This document shows, in pieces, positions 45,241-54,477 of a stretch of 64,000 bases of DNA. The notes below the pieces were generated by a model. It ran no database searches. It saw only the letters and a list, made by a program, of their open reading frames with translations, and was not told the DNA's origin. The stretch is from Candidatus Omnitrophota bacterium (GTDB lineage Bacteria > Omnitrophota > Gorgyraeia > Gygaellales > Profunditerraquicolaceae). How positions within the stretch are numbered: the stretch's first letter is position 1; the number at the start of each line of letters is the position of its first letter. Both the position numbers and the translations under genes were made by a program. The DNA is taken from contig JBAZTA010000003.1 of the NCBI GenBank assembly GCA_041662125.1, positions 71,992-135,991 of the forward strand. Reading direction: 5' to 3'.

Positions 45241-46287
45241 TTATTTTAAGACAAAATAACTTTGACTGGCGAAATCAAAACGGCGTTCTTCAACGATCGT
45301 ATACCCTGTTTTTTTAAACAGCTCTCTCCATTCTTCCCGGGAGAGCAGGTGTTGTTTTGCTAATGAGTGAAAGAGATGATGTTCAGCGATGGCAGATGCG
45401 TTTTTACGTATTATTTCAGAGGGTTGCCTGCAAAGTTCACAAATGATGAGATATTTGTCCTTGAAACGATTTTTTAGTTTTTTAAAAAGCTCGGTTAACC
45501 TGATTAAGTCGTCACCGATAAACTCATGCATGACATACATGCTGGTAATGGCGTCAACATCATCTAAAGCAACATCTATTGTATCAATTTTAAAGATATC
45601 TCCAACAAGTAATTTGATTTTTTTATCTAACCCGCGCTTAGTGACTTGTTCCCGGGCGTAGTTGATTGATTCCGCGGAAAGGTCAATGCCGTAACCGCAG
45701 AGCTTTTTTTCGTGGCCGCAGAGACTTATTAAGAATTCGGCGCTCCCGCAGCCTAAATCCATGACTTTTTTAAACTTGTATTTTTTGATGATATTCCTGG
45801 TCATGGGAAAGGGTAGCCATTTTTCTGTCTCAGCGCTTGCTTGAGAAACCGATTTTTCTCTACGGATAACATCTTTTCCGTACACTTTTTCTTTTTTGAG
45901 CAATGCTTCCAGGTTTTCAAAAATGGGGGCGTACGCGTGTAGAAAAAAGAATGCTCCTTGCGCATAGGTCAATGCGTGCTTGCTTTTTTTGGTTAGAAAA
46001 TAATCGTTTCCTTTTTTTTCAAGCATGCGCACCGCGTAAAGGTATTCGCAGAGTATAGTGAGTGTTTCTTTATCTAAATGCTTCTGCCGTGAGAAATCAG
46101 CGCAGTTAATCATCCCTTTTTCAGAGATGAGTTCAAAGAATCCTACATGAATGAGGCTGACCATGCAATGCATGGTCATGTAACTGCGAGCGTATTTTAA
46201 TATTTCACCGTGAGTTTTCTTGATGTCGGAAACCTGTTTTGTCCCTAGTGTTTTAATCAGATCGTATACCTGCTGTATCATAGTCAT
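45241..46287 (-). CDS. SAM-dependent O-methyltransferase-like protein
   Basis: 348 aa with an N-terminal dimerisation-like helical domain, then motif I VMDLGCGSAEFL and motif post-I. Confidence 0.7.
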   Translation of the reverse strand: MTMIQQVYDLIKTLGTKQVSDIKKTHGEILKYARSYMTMHCMVSLIHVGFFELISEKGMINCADFSRQKHLDKETLTILCEYLYAVRMLEKKGNDYFLTKKSKHALTYAQGAFFFLHAYAPIFENLEALLKKEKVYGKDVIRREKSVSQASAETEKWLPFPMTRNIIKKYKFKKVMDLGCGSAEFLISLCGHEKKLCGYGIDLSAESINYAREQVTKRGLDKKIKLLVGDIFKIDTIDVALDDVDAITSMYVMHEFIGDDLIRLTELFKKLKNRFKDKYLIICELCRQPSEIIRKNASAIAEHHLFHSLAKQHLLSREEWRELFKKTGYTIVEERRFDFASQSYFVLK

Positions 46288-46880
46288 ATTCCTTTCCCCT
46301 GTTTATATGGTCGTAAGGGTAAAAAAGCATTCACCGCTTTTTTGTAGTGTAAATAAATATCGGGGAACCTCGAGAGTAATTCTTTTTCTTCTAGTTTTAT
46401 GCGCGTTAAAAGAAACGGCGCCTGGATTAACGCTACCGCCGTAACAGTCAAATATGAATTTGAAATCAATGAAAAACCGGTTAATTCAAGGATGACCGCC
46501 AAATAGTACGGGTGGCGTATAAATTGGTATGGTCCCGTGGTAATGATTTTCTTTACCAATTTGGCGCTAACATGGATATTCCAATTATCGCCACATTCTT
46601 TCATTGCTGCAGCGCGAAGTTTTATTCCGGTAAGAAAAATACTGAATCCCAGGGCACTTATCCAATAATTGACCGGCCGGTTTCCCGAAAAATATTCAAC
46701 TATCGCCAGAGCGGCTATTATGCAATACGTAATCAGGGGGATAGTGGTTATTAATTGAGGTGTTTGATGGGCGACTTCTTTTGATACGGCAAAAGTTGCG
46801 CTTGCCCGTTCGATGGCAAAACAAACAATAACAATAAGGTAAAAAGAACTAAAGATCGTTTCTGTCTGGAACTTATGCAT
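46284..46880 (-). CDS. isoprenylcysteine carboxyl methyltransferase (ICMT)/PEMT-family membrane methyltransferase
   Basis: 198 aa with 4-5 TM helices and the C-terminal signature TTGPYQFIRHPYYLAVILE. Confidence 0.75.
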   Translation of the reverse strand: MHKFQTETIFSSFYLIVIVCFAIERASATFAVSKEVAHQTPQLITTIPLITYCIIAALAIVEYFSGNRPVNYWISALGFSIFLTGIKLRAAAMKECGDNWNIHVSAKLVKKIITTGPYQFIRHPYYLAVILELTGFSLISNSYLTVTAVALIQAPFLLTRIKLEEKELLSRFPDIYLHYKKAVNAFLPLRPYKQGKGI

Positions 46881-46990
46881 TAGTGCGTTTAAACAAAGAT
46901 CGGCAATGCATCGATGAATTCCGTGCCGATTTTATGCTGTGATTTGATGAATGTTTTACCTTTATATTTTGTTGATCCTGTACGCATGGA

Positions 46991-47368
46991 TTATTTCCCC
47001 AGGTTCTTTTTTACCGCCGAAATAAAGACTTCGACGTCAAACGGTTTATAGATATAATCAGCGACGCCAAGCTGTTGAGCTTCGATCCTGTTTTCGTCTG
47101 AGGCATAGCCGGTTATGATGATTTCAGGGACAGTAGTATTATATTTATCCTTGATTATCTGCCGTAATCGTTTAATAGTCTCTATCCCGTTCATCCCGGG
47201 CATGCGGATATCGGCAATGATCAGGTCAAAAGAACAAACTTCAGCGGCTTGTAGCGCTTCTTGGCCGCTTGCGGCTGATGCTATGTCATAGCCGAAGGTT
47301 TTCAGGTAGCGCGTTAAAGTTTTAAGCACCAGGGAATCATCATCAACCACGAGAATGTTTTTATCCAT
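46991..47368 (-). CDS. single-domain response regulator
   Basis: 125 aa with receiver residues VVDDD, DLIIADIRMPGMNG and a conserved K. Confidence 0.85.
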   Translation of the reverse strand: MDKNILVVDDDSLVLKTLTRYLKTFGYDIASAASGQEALQAAEVCSFDLIIADIRMPGMNGIETIKRLRQIIKDKYNTTVPEIIITGYASDENRIEAQQLGVADYIYKPFDVEVFISAVKKNLGK

Positions 47369-47394
47369 AGTAAAACTCCTTCTTCGTATAGAGT

Positions 47395-47808
47395 TTACAG
47401 GTTAGTAAAGTTTACGATCACCTGTTTCATATTATCGGGTATATTGGTGAATTTCTTGGCTATAACATCGACAAAGGCTACTTTTTGCACGCCTTTTGCG
47501 ATAACGTTACCGGTGCGCTCATTTTTAAAGTCTATATGCATCTCAAAGGATATTTTTTTGATATTGGCGGTAGTTAAGATCGCCTGGATCTTGTCTGCCC
47601 AGCGGCAGGTTCCGGTCACGGTGATAGATAATCCCATGGTGAACATTTGTATGGGACTTTCCACGAATTTCAGGTGGTCCGGGCAGGAAGATTTAAAATA
47701 CTGTTCTCTGGTCATGGACATCCATTCGCCGATCTTTTCCAAATGGACTTTTCCTGATGCTGACAGGTCTTCAAAATAGATGTCAAATCCGGAATTGAAT
47801 GTTTTCAT
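47395..47808 (-). CDS. hotdog-fold thioesterase-like protein
   Basis: 137 aa with the 4HBT-like pattern FEDLSASGKVHLEKIGEWMSMTREQYF. Confidence 0.4.
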   Translation of the reverse strand: MKTFNSGFDIYFEDLSASGKVHLEKIGEWMSMTREQYFKSSCPDHLKFVESPIQMFTMGLSITVTGTCRWADKIQAILTTANIKKISFEMHIDFKNERTGNVIAKGVQKVAFVDVIAKKFTNIPDNMKQVIVNFTNL

Positions 47809-47814
47809 GTAAGT

Positions 47815-48285
47815 TTAATATTTAAACAGCAATGATTTTTCGTCTACTGCAATAGGGGTTAAGATATTTTTGACCAGATTTTCCGGTAGATTTACCACAT
47901 CTGCTGTTTTTGAATTACGGAAGCATATTTTTTGCTTTCCCAGGCTTATCAATAACGCGTTATCTTTACGGATCAAAGTAAACAGAAGATTGAATCCTTT
48001 TTCTTTGATGTCCGCAGCGTTGACTTTAATGAGAATTTCATCCTGCAGTATAGCTTCACGCTTATACTGTATGTCGCAAAAAGAAACTTCGGTTTCGATA
48101 AGCGGTTTTAAGTTCTCCTGGAAACCGAGGTTTTTCCAGGCCAAAAGCGCGTCTCGGGCAATATTGTACCAGCGGATATAGTTGATAAACGAAGCGCTTC
48201 CGTAGGGAGTTGTGTCTCCCTGTGTTACGATAAGCTCGAATATGAATTCACGCTGTTTGGACGCCGTAAATATTGGTTGGTTCAT
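47815..48285 (-). CDS. hotdog-fold (4HBT-family) thioesterase-like protein
   Basis: 156 aa with VTQGDTTPYGSASFINYIRWYNIARDALL, similar to the YbgC/4HBT active-site region. Confidence 0.45.
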   Translation of the reverse strand: MNQPIFTASKQREFIFELIVTQGDTTPYGSASFINYIRWYNIARDALLAWKNLGFQENLKPLIETEVSFCDIQYKREAILQDEILIKVNAADIKEKGFNLLFTLIRKDNALLISLGKQKICFRNSKTADVVNLPENLVKNILTPIAVDEKSLLFKY

Positions 48286-48286
48286 T

Positions 48287-48661
48287 TTACTTTAAGTTTT
48301 TTTTGACTATCTCCAGGAAATCTTTTATATCAAACGGTTTAGAGAGATAATCGGCAACTTTGAGTGCCTGCGCCTCTTTCAAATGCTCATCACTGGAGTA
48401 TCCGGTGATCAGTATCTCCGGTATGGGCTTCTTTTGGGATATCTTATAATAATGCCTGATATTTTTGATAATTTCAAGACCGTTTACTTCGGGCATCCGG
48501 ATATCTGATACCACCAGGTTAAATTCGATTTCTTTTATCTTTTCCATCGCTTCAGTATTATTACGGGCAATAGCGACAGTATAGCCCTCTTTTTTAAATA
48601 ATCGTTTTAAGCTTTCTGTCACTAATTCTTCGTCATCGATCACCAGGATGTTCTTACTCAT
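48287..48661 (-). CDS. single-domain response regulator
   Basis: Start reassigned to MSKNILVIDDEELV (ATG at 48659-48661) and the receiver domain is complete. The track's longer start would overlap the kinase gene. Confidence 0.85.
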   Translation of the reverse strand: MSKNILVIDDEELVTESLKRLFKKEGYTVAIARNNTEAMEKIKEIEFNLVVSDIRMPEVNGLEIIKNIRHYYKISQKKPIPEILITGYSSDEHLKEAQALKVADYLSKPFDIKDFLEIVKKNLK

Positions 48662-48692
48662 AGCGCTCCTTACTTTTTTAAAAAAATTAAAC

Positions 48693-50852
48693 TTACAGTG
48701 TGCTGAGTTCTTTAGCGTCAGGCAGTAAAATATTGAATACCGTCCCTGTATTGACTTCTGATTCAACCGTGATCAACCCTTTGTGTTTTTCAATGATTGA
48801 TTGGCAGATCGACAAGCCAAGCCCTAATCCTTTTCCGACATCTTTGGTTGTAAAGAACGGATCGAATATCTTAGAAATGATCTCTTTTGGGATGCCGCTG
48901 CCTTCATCTTTGATCAACATTTTTATCCATTTGCCGCTTTTGGCGACAGAAACATGAATTGTCCCGCTTTTTTTAACGCCGATAATAGCGTCTTTGGCAT
49001 TTATGAGAATATTCGTTATTACCTGTTCCAATTCATTCTGGTTGCCTAAGACAAAACAATTCCTTTCTTTTTCTTCTATATCGATCTTTATATTATCTTG
49101 TTCAAATTGGTAGCTTAAGAATGCGATTACTTTGTTTAATATGTCGGATACCAGGATTCTGCCGATCTTTGACTCTTCAAGGGGCTTTTTCGCGTATGCC
49201 ATCAATTTCTGAACGATCGTGCGGCAGCGTTTTGTTGCCTCTTCTATAAGCTCTAAAGATTCTTTGGAATCGATATCCAGGGTGTCGCAGGTTGCAAGGA
49301 GTATCTGGACATTGGTCAATATCGCAGTTAAGGGATTGTTGATCTCATGGGCAACGCCGCCGGCAAGGGTGCCAACGGTCGCCAGCTTCTCAGCGTGCAC
49401 AAGCTGCTTCTGGACATCGACTAATTCTTCAGTGCGTTGTTTAACTTCCTCTTCTATCTTGCCATATAATTGCGCGTTTTCTGTTGCCAGGGCCGCCTCG
49501 CTGGCTAAAAAAGAAAAGTTCAATAAATCGTCAGAATTATAGATCTTCCCCGAAAGTTTCTCACCCAGGATCAGTATGTCAAATATTTTATCTTGCAGGA
49601 AACAGGGTACTATAACGGCGGCATTGAGTTTTCTCATTTGTTCTTCTAACTTCTTAAAGTCCTGTTTAGAATTATCTTCGGCTTGGTGTTTGATTTCTTC
49701 GTATACTAAGGGTTCTTTATTCTTTTCAAGCCAGGAGATCAATATGTTTTTGTGTTCGATGCTCTGTGGTTGGGAATCTTTTACATGGGTGCCGGCCTTT
49801 AAAAGAAAAACCTTCTTTTTTGCATCGAGAACATAGATGATCGCATGCGAGATACGGACAACTTCAGTTACCGTCTGAGCGATATAATCGATCAATTTTT
49901 GTAAATTACGGATCCTGGAGAGATCAACCGCCACATGTTTGAGGGTTTCTTGATAACGGCGTTGTTCCCGCAATAATATGGACTCTGCCTTTTTTTCAAG
50001 ATACACGTAGACAAACGGCCCGATGGTCCCTAGCATCACTAATGAAGAAAATGGGCCCATCCACCAATTCGTACCTAAATGTCTCATAAACCATTCTTTG
50101 AGAACTGCAGAAAGAATAAAAGGGATCCCCAAGACAATAGAATAAACCGCTAAAAATACAGCAGCGCGGGTAATGACGATTGAAATATCCATGATCCTGT
50201 ATCTGACGATAGCGTACGCTGTCGCTAGGATAAAAATGATTACCGGTGCAAATCCAATAGGATAGATTTCGATGCCGTAATGCGCTAAATAATCCAATCC
50301 TCCTAAATAACCAAAAGAAATCGCCCAGAACATGTATTTTGCTCTTTGGCGTTCCAGCGCAAGCCTAGCTGAAAGGTATCCGAGCCGAAGGTTACGAAAG
50401 GCCATGATCAAAGGTGTAATCCAGAATATGAGGAAAATATTGTGTAAGACGCCGATTTTCGTATGGTATCCCCAATAGTGCATGGTTACTCCGTTTACCA
50501 GCAGGCTTGTTCTCGTGAGAAGCGCAAAAATAAAGGCTAAGAGGTAAAAAAAAGTGATTATCCTGTTTTTTTGCGGTATTTTTACAAAGGCGACCGAAAA
50601 ATGGTATGTCGCAGGAGTAATAAAGGCGATCCCCAGGTAGGCGAATTGACACCAGAAATAGGCTGATTTTTCCGCAGTGCTTATATAAGACATAAAATAA
50701 CCCAGGTTCCAAAGAAAGCAGCTAAAACCCAATATTCCAAATGCCCTATTTGCGGAAGATTTCCTGTTTTTGAGATAAACAAACGCGCCGATGATCAAAC
50801 AAAATAAAGCGGTGATTAACGGCGGTATCGCATAAGGATTAAATTTAAACAT
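48693..50852 (-). CDS. sensor histidine kinase, paralog of 43032-45233 (polytopic sensor, GAF, HisKA, HATPase_c)
   Basis: 719 aa with the same architecture as the first kinase: H-box ATVGTLAGGVAHEINNPL and ATP lid DEGSGIP...GLGLGLS. Confidence 0.85.
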   Translation of the reverse strand: MFKFNPYAIPPLITALFCLIIGAFVYLKNRKSSANRAFGILGFSCFLWNLGYFMSYISTAEKSAYFWCQFAYLGIAFITPATYHFSVAFVKIPQKNRIITFFYLLAFIFALLTRTSLLVNGVTMHYWGYHTKIGVLHNIFLIFWITPLIMAFRNLRLGYLSARLALERQRAKYMFWAISFGYLGGLDYLAHYGIEIYPIGFAPVIIFILATAYAIVRYRIMDISIVITRAAVFLAVYSIVLGIPFILSAVLKEWFMRHLGTNWWMGPFSSLVMLGTIGPFVYVYLEKKAESILLREQRRYQETLKHVAVDLSRIRNLQKLIDYIAQTVTEVVRISHAIIYVLDAKKKVFLLKAGTHVKDSQPQSIEHKNILISWLEKNKEPLVYEEIKHQAEDNSKQDFKKLEEQMRKLNAAVIVPCFLQDKIFDILILGEKLSGKIYNSDDLLNFSFLASEAALATENAQLYGKIEEEVKQRTEELVDVQKQLVHAEKLATVGTLAGGVAHEINNPLTAILTNVQILLATCDTLDIDSKESLELIEEATKRCRTIVQKLMAYAKKPLEESKIGRILVSDILNKVIAFLSYQFEQDNIKIDIEEKERNCFVLGNQNELEQVITNILINAKDAIIGVKKSGTIHVSVAKSGKWIKMLIKDEGSGIPKEIISKIFDPFFTTKDVGKGLGLGLSICQSIIEKHKGLITVESEVNTGTVFNILLPDAKELSTL

Positions 50853-52314
50853 GTGGTTTTCTTTTGTGTTTATATGCGTACTGATGATAATTGAGCCCGG
50901 TTAAGATCCACATTATTGAAGTGCATTGTTTGTTCCAGAGGCTCTTCAATATAAATTTTACCTCTCCCGTATTGAAGCTTAGTAAGGAGAGTAAAGAAAT
51001 CAAGAAGCGAGTTTTCGAAAATAAAGTCTTATTTTCCTGCCTGACAAAAATACCTTTATTCCATAAATATTGTAAGCGTTCATATAAACGAGGATAAGAA
51101 TAAATATCTTTGAGGAGCCATGTCTGGCCGTCCTCTAGCTGTTGCTGTGAAATAAGTTTAGGCCTGTAACAGGCCCAGTCAGCGTTCGCTTTCCACCATT
51201 CGAAACCGAGAGCTCTCTGTTCAGCTTTTAACCTCGCAAAAACTTTTGAGCCGGGAAGCAGCGTCATAATATTGATCATTGAAAAGGCGATGTGAGTATC
51301 TTGTATAAACCGGGCTGTTTCTTTAAAAATAGCATCCGTATCAGTATCGCTTCCTAAGATGAAAGACCCAAAAATAGACATTTTATGTTTATGCACTTTT
51401 TCAATTATTCCTTTATACTCATTGGTTTTATTTATCATATCTTTATTCATTGATGCCACACTCGGCTGGGAAATTGATTCAAATCCAACGAAAATAACCC
51501 GGCACCCCGCAGCATACATTAAATCTAACATAGTGTCGTTGGATAACCTGTTTATTGAAGACTGGCACATCCAGTTCTTTATTTTAAGAGGGACAAGTCT
51601 TTTAAACAAATCTTGAGCATACGCAGGAATTGAAAGCAGGTTATCATCAGTAAAGAAAATTAACTTTTGCGTGTCAATTGCTTGCAGTTTTTTGATCTCT
51701 TCAACGACAATGTCGATCCTTTTATGCCGGTATTCCCGTCCGTTAAACTCTTTTACGGTGCAAAATTCGCAGTCGTAAGGGCAGCCGCGGCCGGTTTGAA
51801 TAGTAAAATAGCAATAGCGTTGGTTTTTCAGCAGGTCCCAACGGGGTATGGGGGAATGCGTCAGGTCAGGGAATCCGCTCGTGCGGTAGGTTTTTTGCAA
51901 ACTTCCTTTTCTGGCGTCTTCTATTACCTGTTGCCAAATTTCTTCAGCTTCTCCGATAACAACTGCATCGCTGTGCTGTGCTGCTTCTTCAGGCAGCATT
52001 GAAGCATGAATGCCGCCCATGATGACTAAAACGCCTCTTTTTCTGAATTCATCCGCGATCGCGTAAGCGCGCGGGATAACACAGGTCATTCCCGTAATTC
52101 CTACGAGGTCAACATGCTCGTTAAAATCAATCGTTTCAACATTTTCGTCAGTGAGGATTACTTCGATATCGCCAGGAGTGAGTGCCGCTAAAGTAGGAAG
52201 TGCAAGTGGGGCCCCTCCTGCTTTTTTACGGGTCAGGTGAGAAAGTGTTTTTAAATCCCAGAAACTTTCCCCCCACTCATCCAGTCTTTTTGGTGAGATG
52301 AGTTTTATTCTCAT
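50845..52314 (-). CDS. B12-binding radical SAM protein (class B rSAM)
   Basis: 489 aa with an N-terminal cobalamin-binding Rossmann domain (DLVGITGMT) and a radical SAM core with GRGCPYDCEFCTV. Confidence 0.85.
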   Translation of the reverse strand: MRIKLISPKRLDEWGESFWDLKTLSHLTRKKAGGAPLALPTLAALTPGDIEVILTDENVETIDFNEHVDLVGITGMTCVIPRAYAIADEFRKRGVLVIMGGIHASMLPEEAAQHSDAVVIGEAEEIWQQVIEDARKGSLQKTYRTSGFPDLTHSPIPRWDLLKNQRYCYFTIQTGRGCPYDCEFCTVKEFNGREYRHKRIDIVVEEIKKLQAIDTQKLIFFTDDNLLSIPAYAQDLFKRLVPLKIKNWMCQSSINRLSNDTMLDLMYAAGCRVIFVGFESISQPSVASMNKDMINKTNEYKGIIEKVHKHKMSIFGSFILGSDTDTDAIFKETARFIQDTHIAFSMINIMTLLPGSKVFARLKAEQRALGFEWWKANADWACYRPKLISQQQLEDGQTWLLKDIYSYPRLYERLQYLWNKGIFVRQENKTLFSKTRFLISLLSLLSFNTGEVKFILKSLWNKQCTSIMWILTGLNYHQYAYKHKRKPHV

Positions 52315-53875
52315 GAATGATGCTTTGCATCCTTTCTATAAGCTGATTGTCTATCAGTGTATCTCCCCAATAAAAATCAGCAACTTCAAAACCATGCTTT
52401 TTGCCTAAATTTCTGATTTCTTCAATTTTTTCTATTGTAATATTGCCTCTTCCAAAGCTGTAATTTTCAAAGCGTTTTTCTAAAGCCAGGATTATTCCCT
52501 CAGCGAAACATCCGTATATCACGTGCGGCGACGGAAGCCCAAAATCAAGCGGAAAGGCTATGGGTGTCGGGCTTTTCGCTAATCCTCCGGAAAATACAAA
52601 GATGTCGTTTCTTTGTGTCGGCGCGTGAGAAATGTTTTTTGGATAGCCCACATCGCAAATAATGGCTCCCGGTTTAAACCATTCGACCTGCAGAATGGGC
52701 GCTGTAGCGCTGGCAGCTGAAATAATAATATCCGCGCCTTCGACCGCCTTTTTATTATCTAAACTGATCGTTACGCGGGCTTTCTTTTTTTTCTTTAATT
52801 CAGCGCTCAATTTGCTTAAATGTGATTTTGTCCTGCCGGTAATGACAAGGTTTTTTACTGTATCAGTAAAAAACCGGGCACAGGCGCTTCCGATATCTCC
52901 CGTGCCGCCTATAATCGCCAAGGTTGATTTACTGATGTCCAAGTTTACTAAATCAGCTGCTTTTAAAACACCGTCAATAGCCATCGCTGCAGTATAGGTG
53001 TTCCCTGAGGTGACTGCGATATCGACTTCTCGTGAGATCTCCTGTCCGATCCGCTCAGCGACAATAGAGGTAAAACCGCCTAAGGTAACAATGCCAATAC
53101 CGTGTTTTTCGGCGATTTTGCAGGCGCGGACTACCTTCGAAAATACGCTCCAGATATCTTTTTCCATCATATCGGGAATGAATGTTGCGATCATAAATGA
53201 ACCATTCACGCTTTCCCCTGTCCGGGACCTGAAATCATTGATATCATAGAGTTTAAACGAAGGGCTGACATGGAAGAGCTGGCTGACAAATTCAGGAGAG
53301 CTGACGTTGAAATTCGGATTTAACGTCTTAAAGCATTTTTCCAGGTGCGAGAAATCATAGGGGTGGGCGATAATACCAAAGCCGGCTACCTTATCGATGT
53401 TGCCGTGTTTATAACTATCATAGCGAAGCGAGATTATTTTCTTTTCAATCGCTTCCAACATCGCTTCAAAATTCTTCGTGAGCAGTTTTTTTATGTAGCT
53501 TTCCGCAAATTCTTTTATCGCGGGAATATCGACTTTAAGCGAAACGTTAACGGTCACCAGAGTGCCCTGCGGATCGTCCTGGAACTTCCAGGAGCCTTTA
53601 AATTCATGCAGGTCGCCTTCGCTTGCTTTAAATAGGATTTGGTTATGAGTAAGGTTGAGCGTGTCAACTTCTGTCCAGCTCATGGGGATACTGTCGACCT
53701 GGATCTTCCATTTTGTTTTAATCGTATTATGGATTTTTTCTAAGACAGTGACTTCCTTGACATTGGGCATATAGCCGGGAAATTCATTGACTTTGGTCAG
53801 TAACCTGATCACTCTCCATTTTTTCGCGGGTATTAACTTTGAAACGTTTATTTCTATGAGTTCATTATTTTCCAT
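52277..53875 (-). CDS. SRPBCC (START/Bet v1-like lipid-binding) domain fused to NAD(P)-binding Rossmann oxidoreductase (COG5322-like)
   Basis: 532 aa: an N-terminal ~150 aa polyketide-cyclase/SRPBCC-like domain, then a dinucleotide fold IIGGTGDIGSACARFF. Confidence 0.55.
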   Translation of the reverse strand: MENNELIEINVSKLIPAKKWRVIRLLTKVNEFPGYMPNVKEVTVLEKIHNTIKTKWKIQVDSIPMSWTEVDTLNLTHNQILFKASEGDLHEFKGSWKFQDDPQGTLVTVNVSLKVDIPAIKEFAESYIKKLLTKNFEAMLEAIEKKIISLRYDSYKHGNIDKVAGFGIIAHPYDFSHLEKCFKTLNPNFNVSSPEFVSQLFHVSPSFKLYDINDFRSRTGESVNGSFMIATFIPDMMEKDIWSVFSKVVRACKIAEKHGIGIVTLGGFTSIVAERIGQEISREVDIAVTSGNTYTAAMAIDGVLKAADLVNLDISKSTLAIIGGTGDIGSACARFFTDTVKNLVITGRTKSHLSKLSAELKKKKKARVTISLDNKKAVEGADIIISAASATAPILQVEWFKPGAIICDVGYPKNISHAPTQRNDIFVFSGGLAKSPTPIAFPLDFGLPSPHVIYGCFAEGIILALEKRFENYSFGRGNITIEKIEEIRNLGKKHGFEVADFYWGDTLIDNQLIERMQSIIHENKTHLTKKTG

Positions 53876-54458
53876 TGATTTTTTCCTTTATTGCGTTTTT
53901 TATCCTTGTAATGCCTTCCTGCAGGTCAGAATCGTCGATGACATCTTCAAACTCTTTTAATAAAAAAACGGGTTTGCATATTCTTACCGTTATGGAGACA
54001 AATCGCGGGAATTTCGCTTTAATGGGGAGCGCTTCAAAGGCGCCCGAGATCGCGCACGGCACTATCGGCCGGCCCGTTTTCATCGCTAAGAGTGCTGCCC
54101 CTCTCTTAAACTCGCGTAATCTACCGTCTCTGCTGATGCCTCCTTCGGGGAACAATCCTACGATATTATTCTTAACTAAAAGCTCAATGGCGCATTCGGA
54201 AGACGCCCCTGTTGGTAAACAATCGAGTTTACGCAGTGCCCATTTTAATTTCGGGAAGGCGTATAACGAGCGGGAAGCAATACAATAGACCTTAGCAGGT
54301 ATCGCTGCCGCGACAACAAGCGGGTCTAGGAAACTTGCATGATTTGCCACTACGATATAATTACTTTTTTTAGGCAAATTCTCCCGACCTTCTATCTTAA
54401 GCCGGAAAAACAACTTTAGGAAAATAATGCAACCTGCGCGGAATATAGTATACCACAT
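53865..54458 (-). CDS. plsC: 1-acyl-sn-glycerol-3-phosphate acyltransferase (LPLAT/PlsC family)
   Basis: Contains motifs VVANHASFLDPLVV (HX4D), FPEGGISRDG and PIVPCAISG. Start reassigned to MWYTIFRAG (ATG at 54456-54458) to avoid a 77-nt overlap with the next gene. Confidence 0.8.
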   Translation of the reverse strand: MWYTIFRAGCIIFLKLFFRLKIEGRENLPKKSNYIVVANHASFLDPLVVAAAIPAKVYCIASRSLYAFPKLKWALRKLDCLPTGASSECAIELLVKNNIVGLFPEGGISRDGRLREFKRGAALLAMKTGRPIVPCAISGAFEALPIKAKFPRFVSITVRICKPVFLLKEFEDVIDDSDLQEGITRIKNAIKEKINGK

Positions 54459-54477
54459 ATATATAAATAGCGACGAG

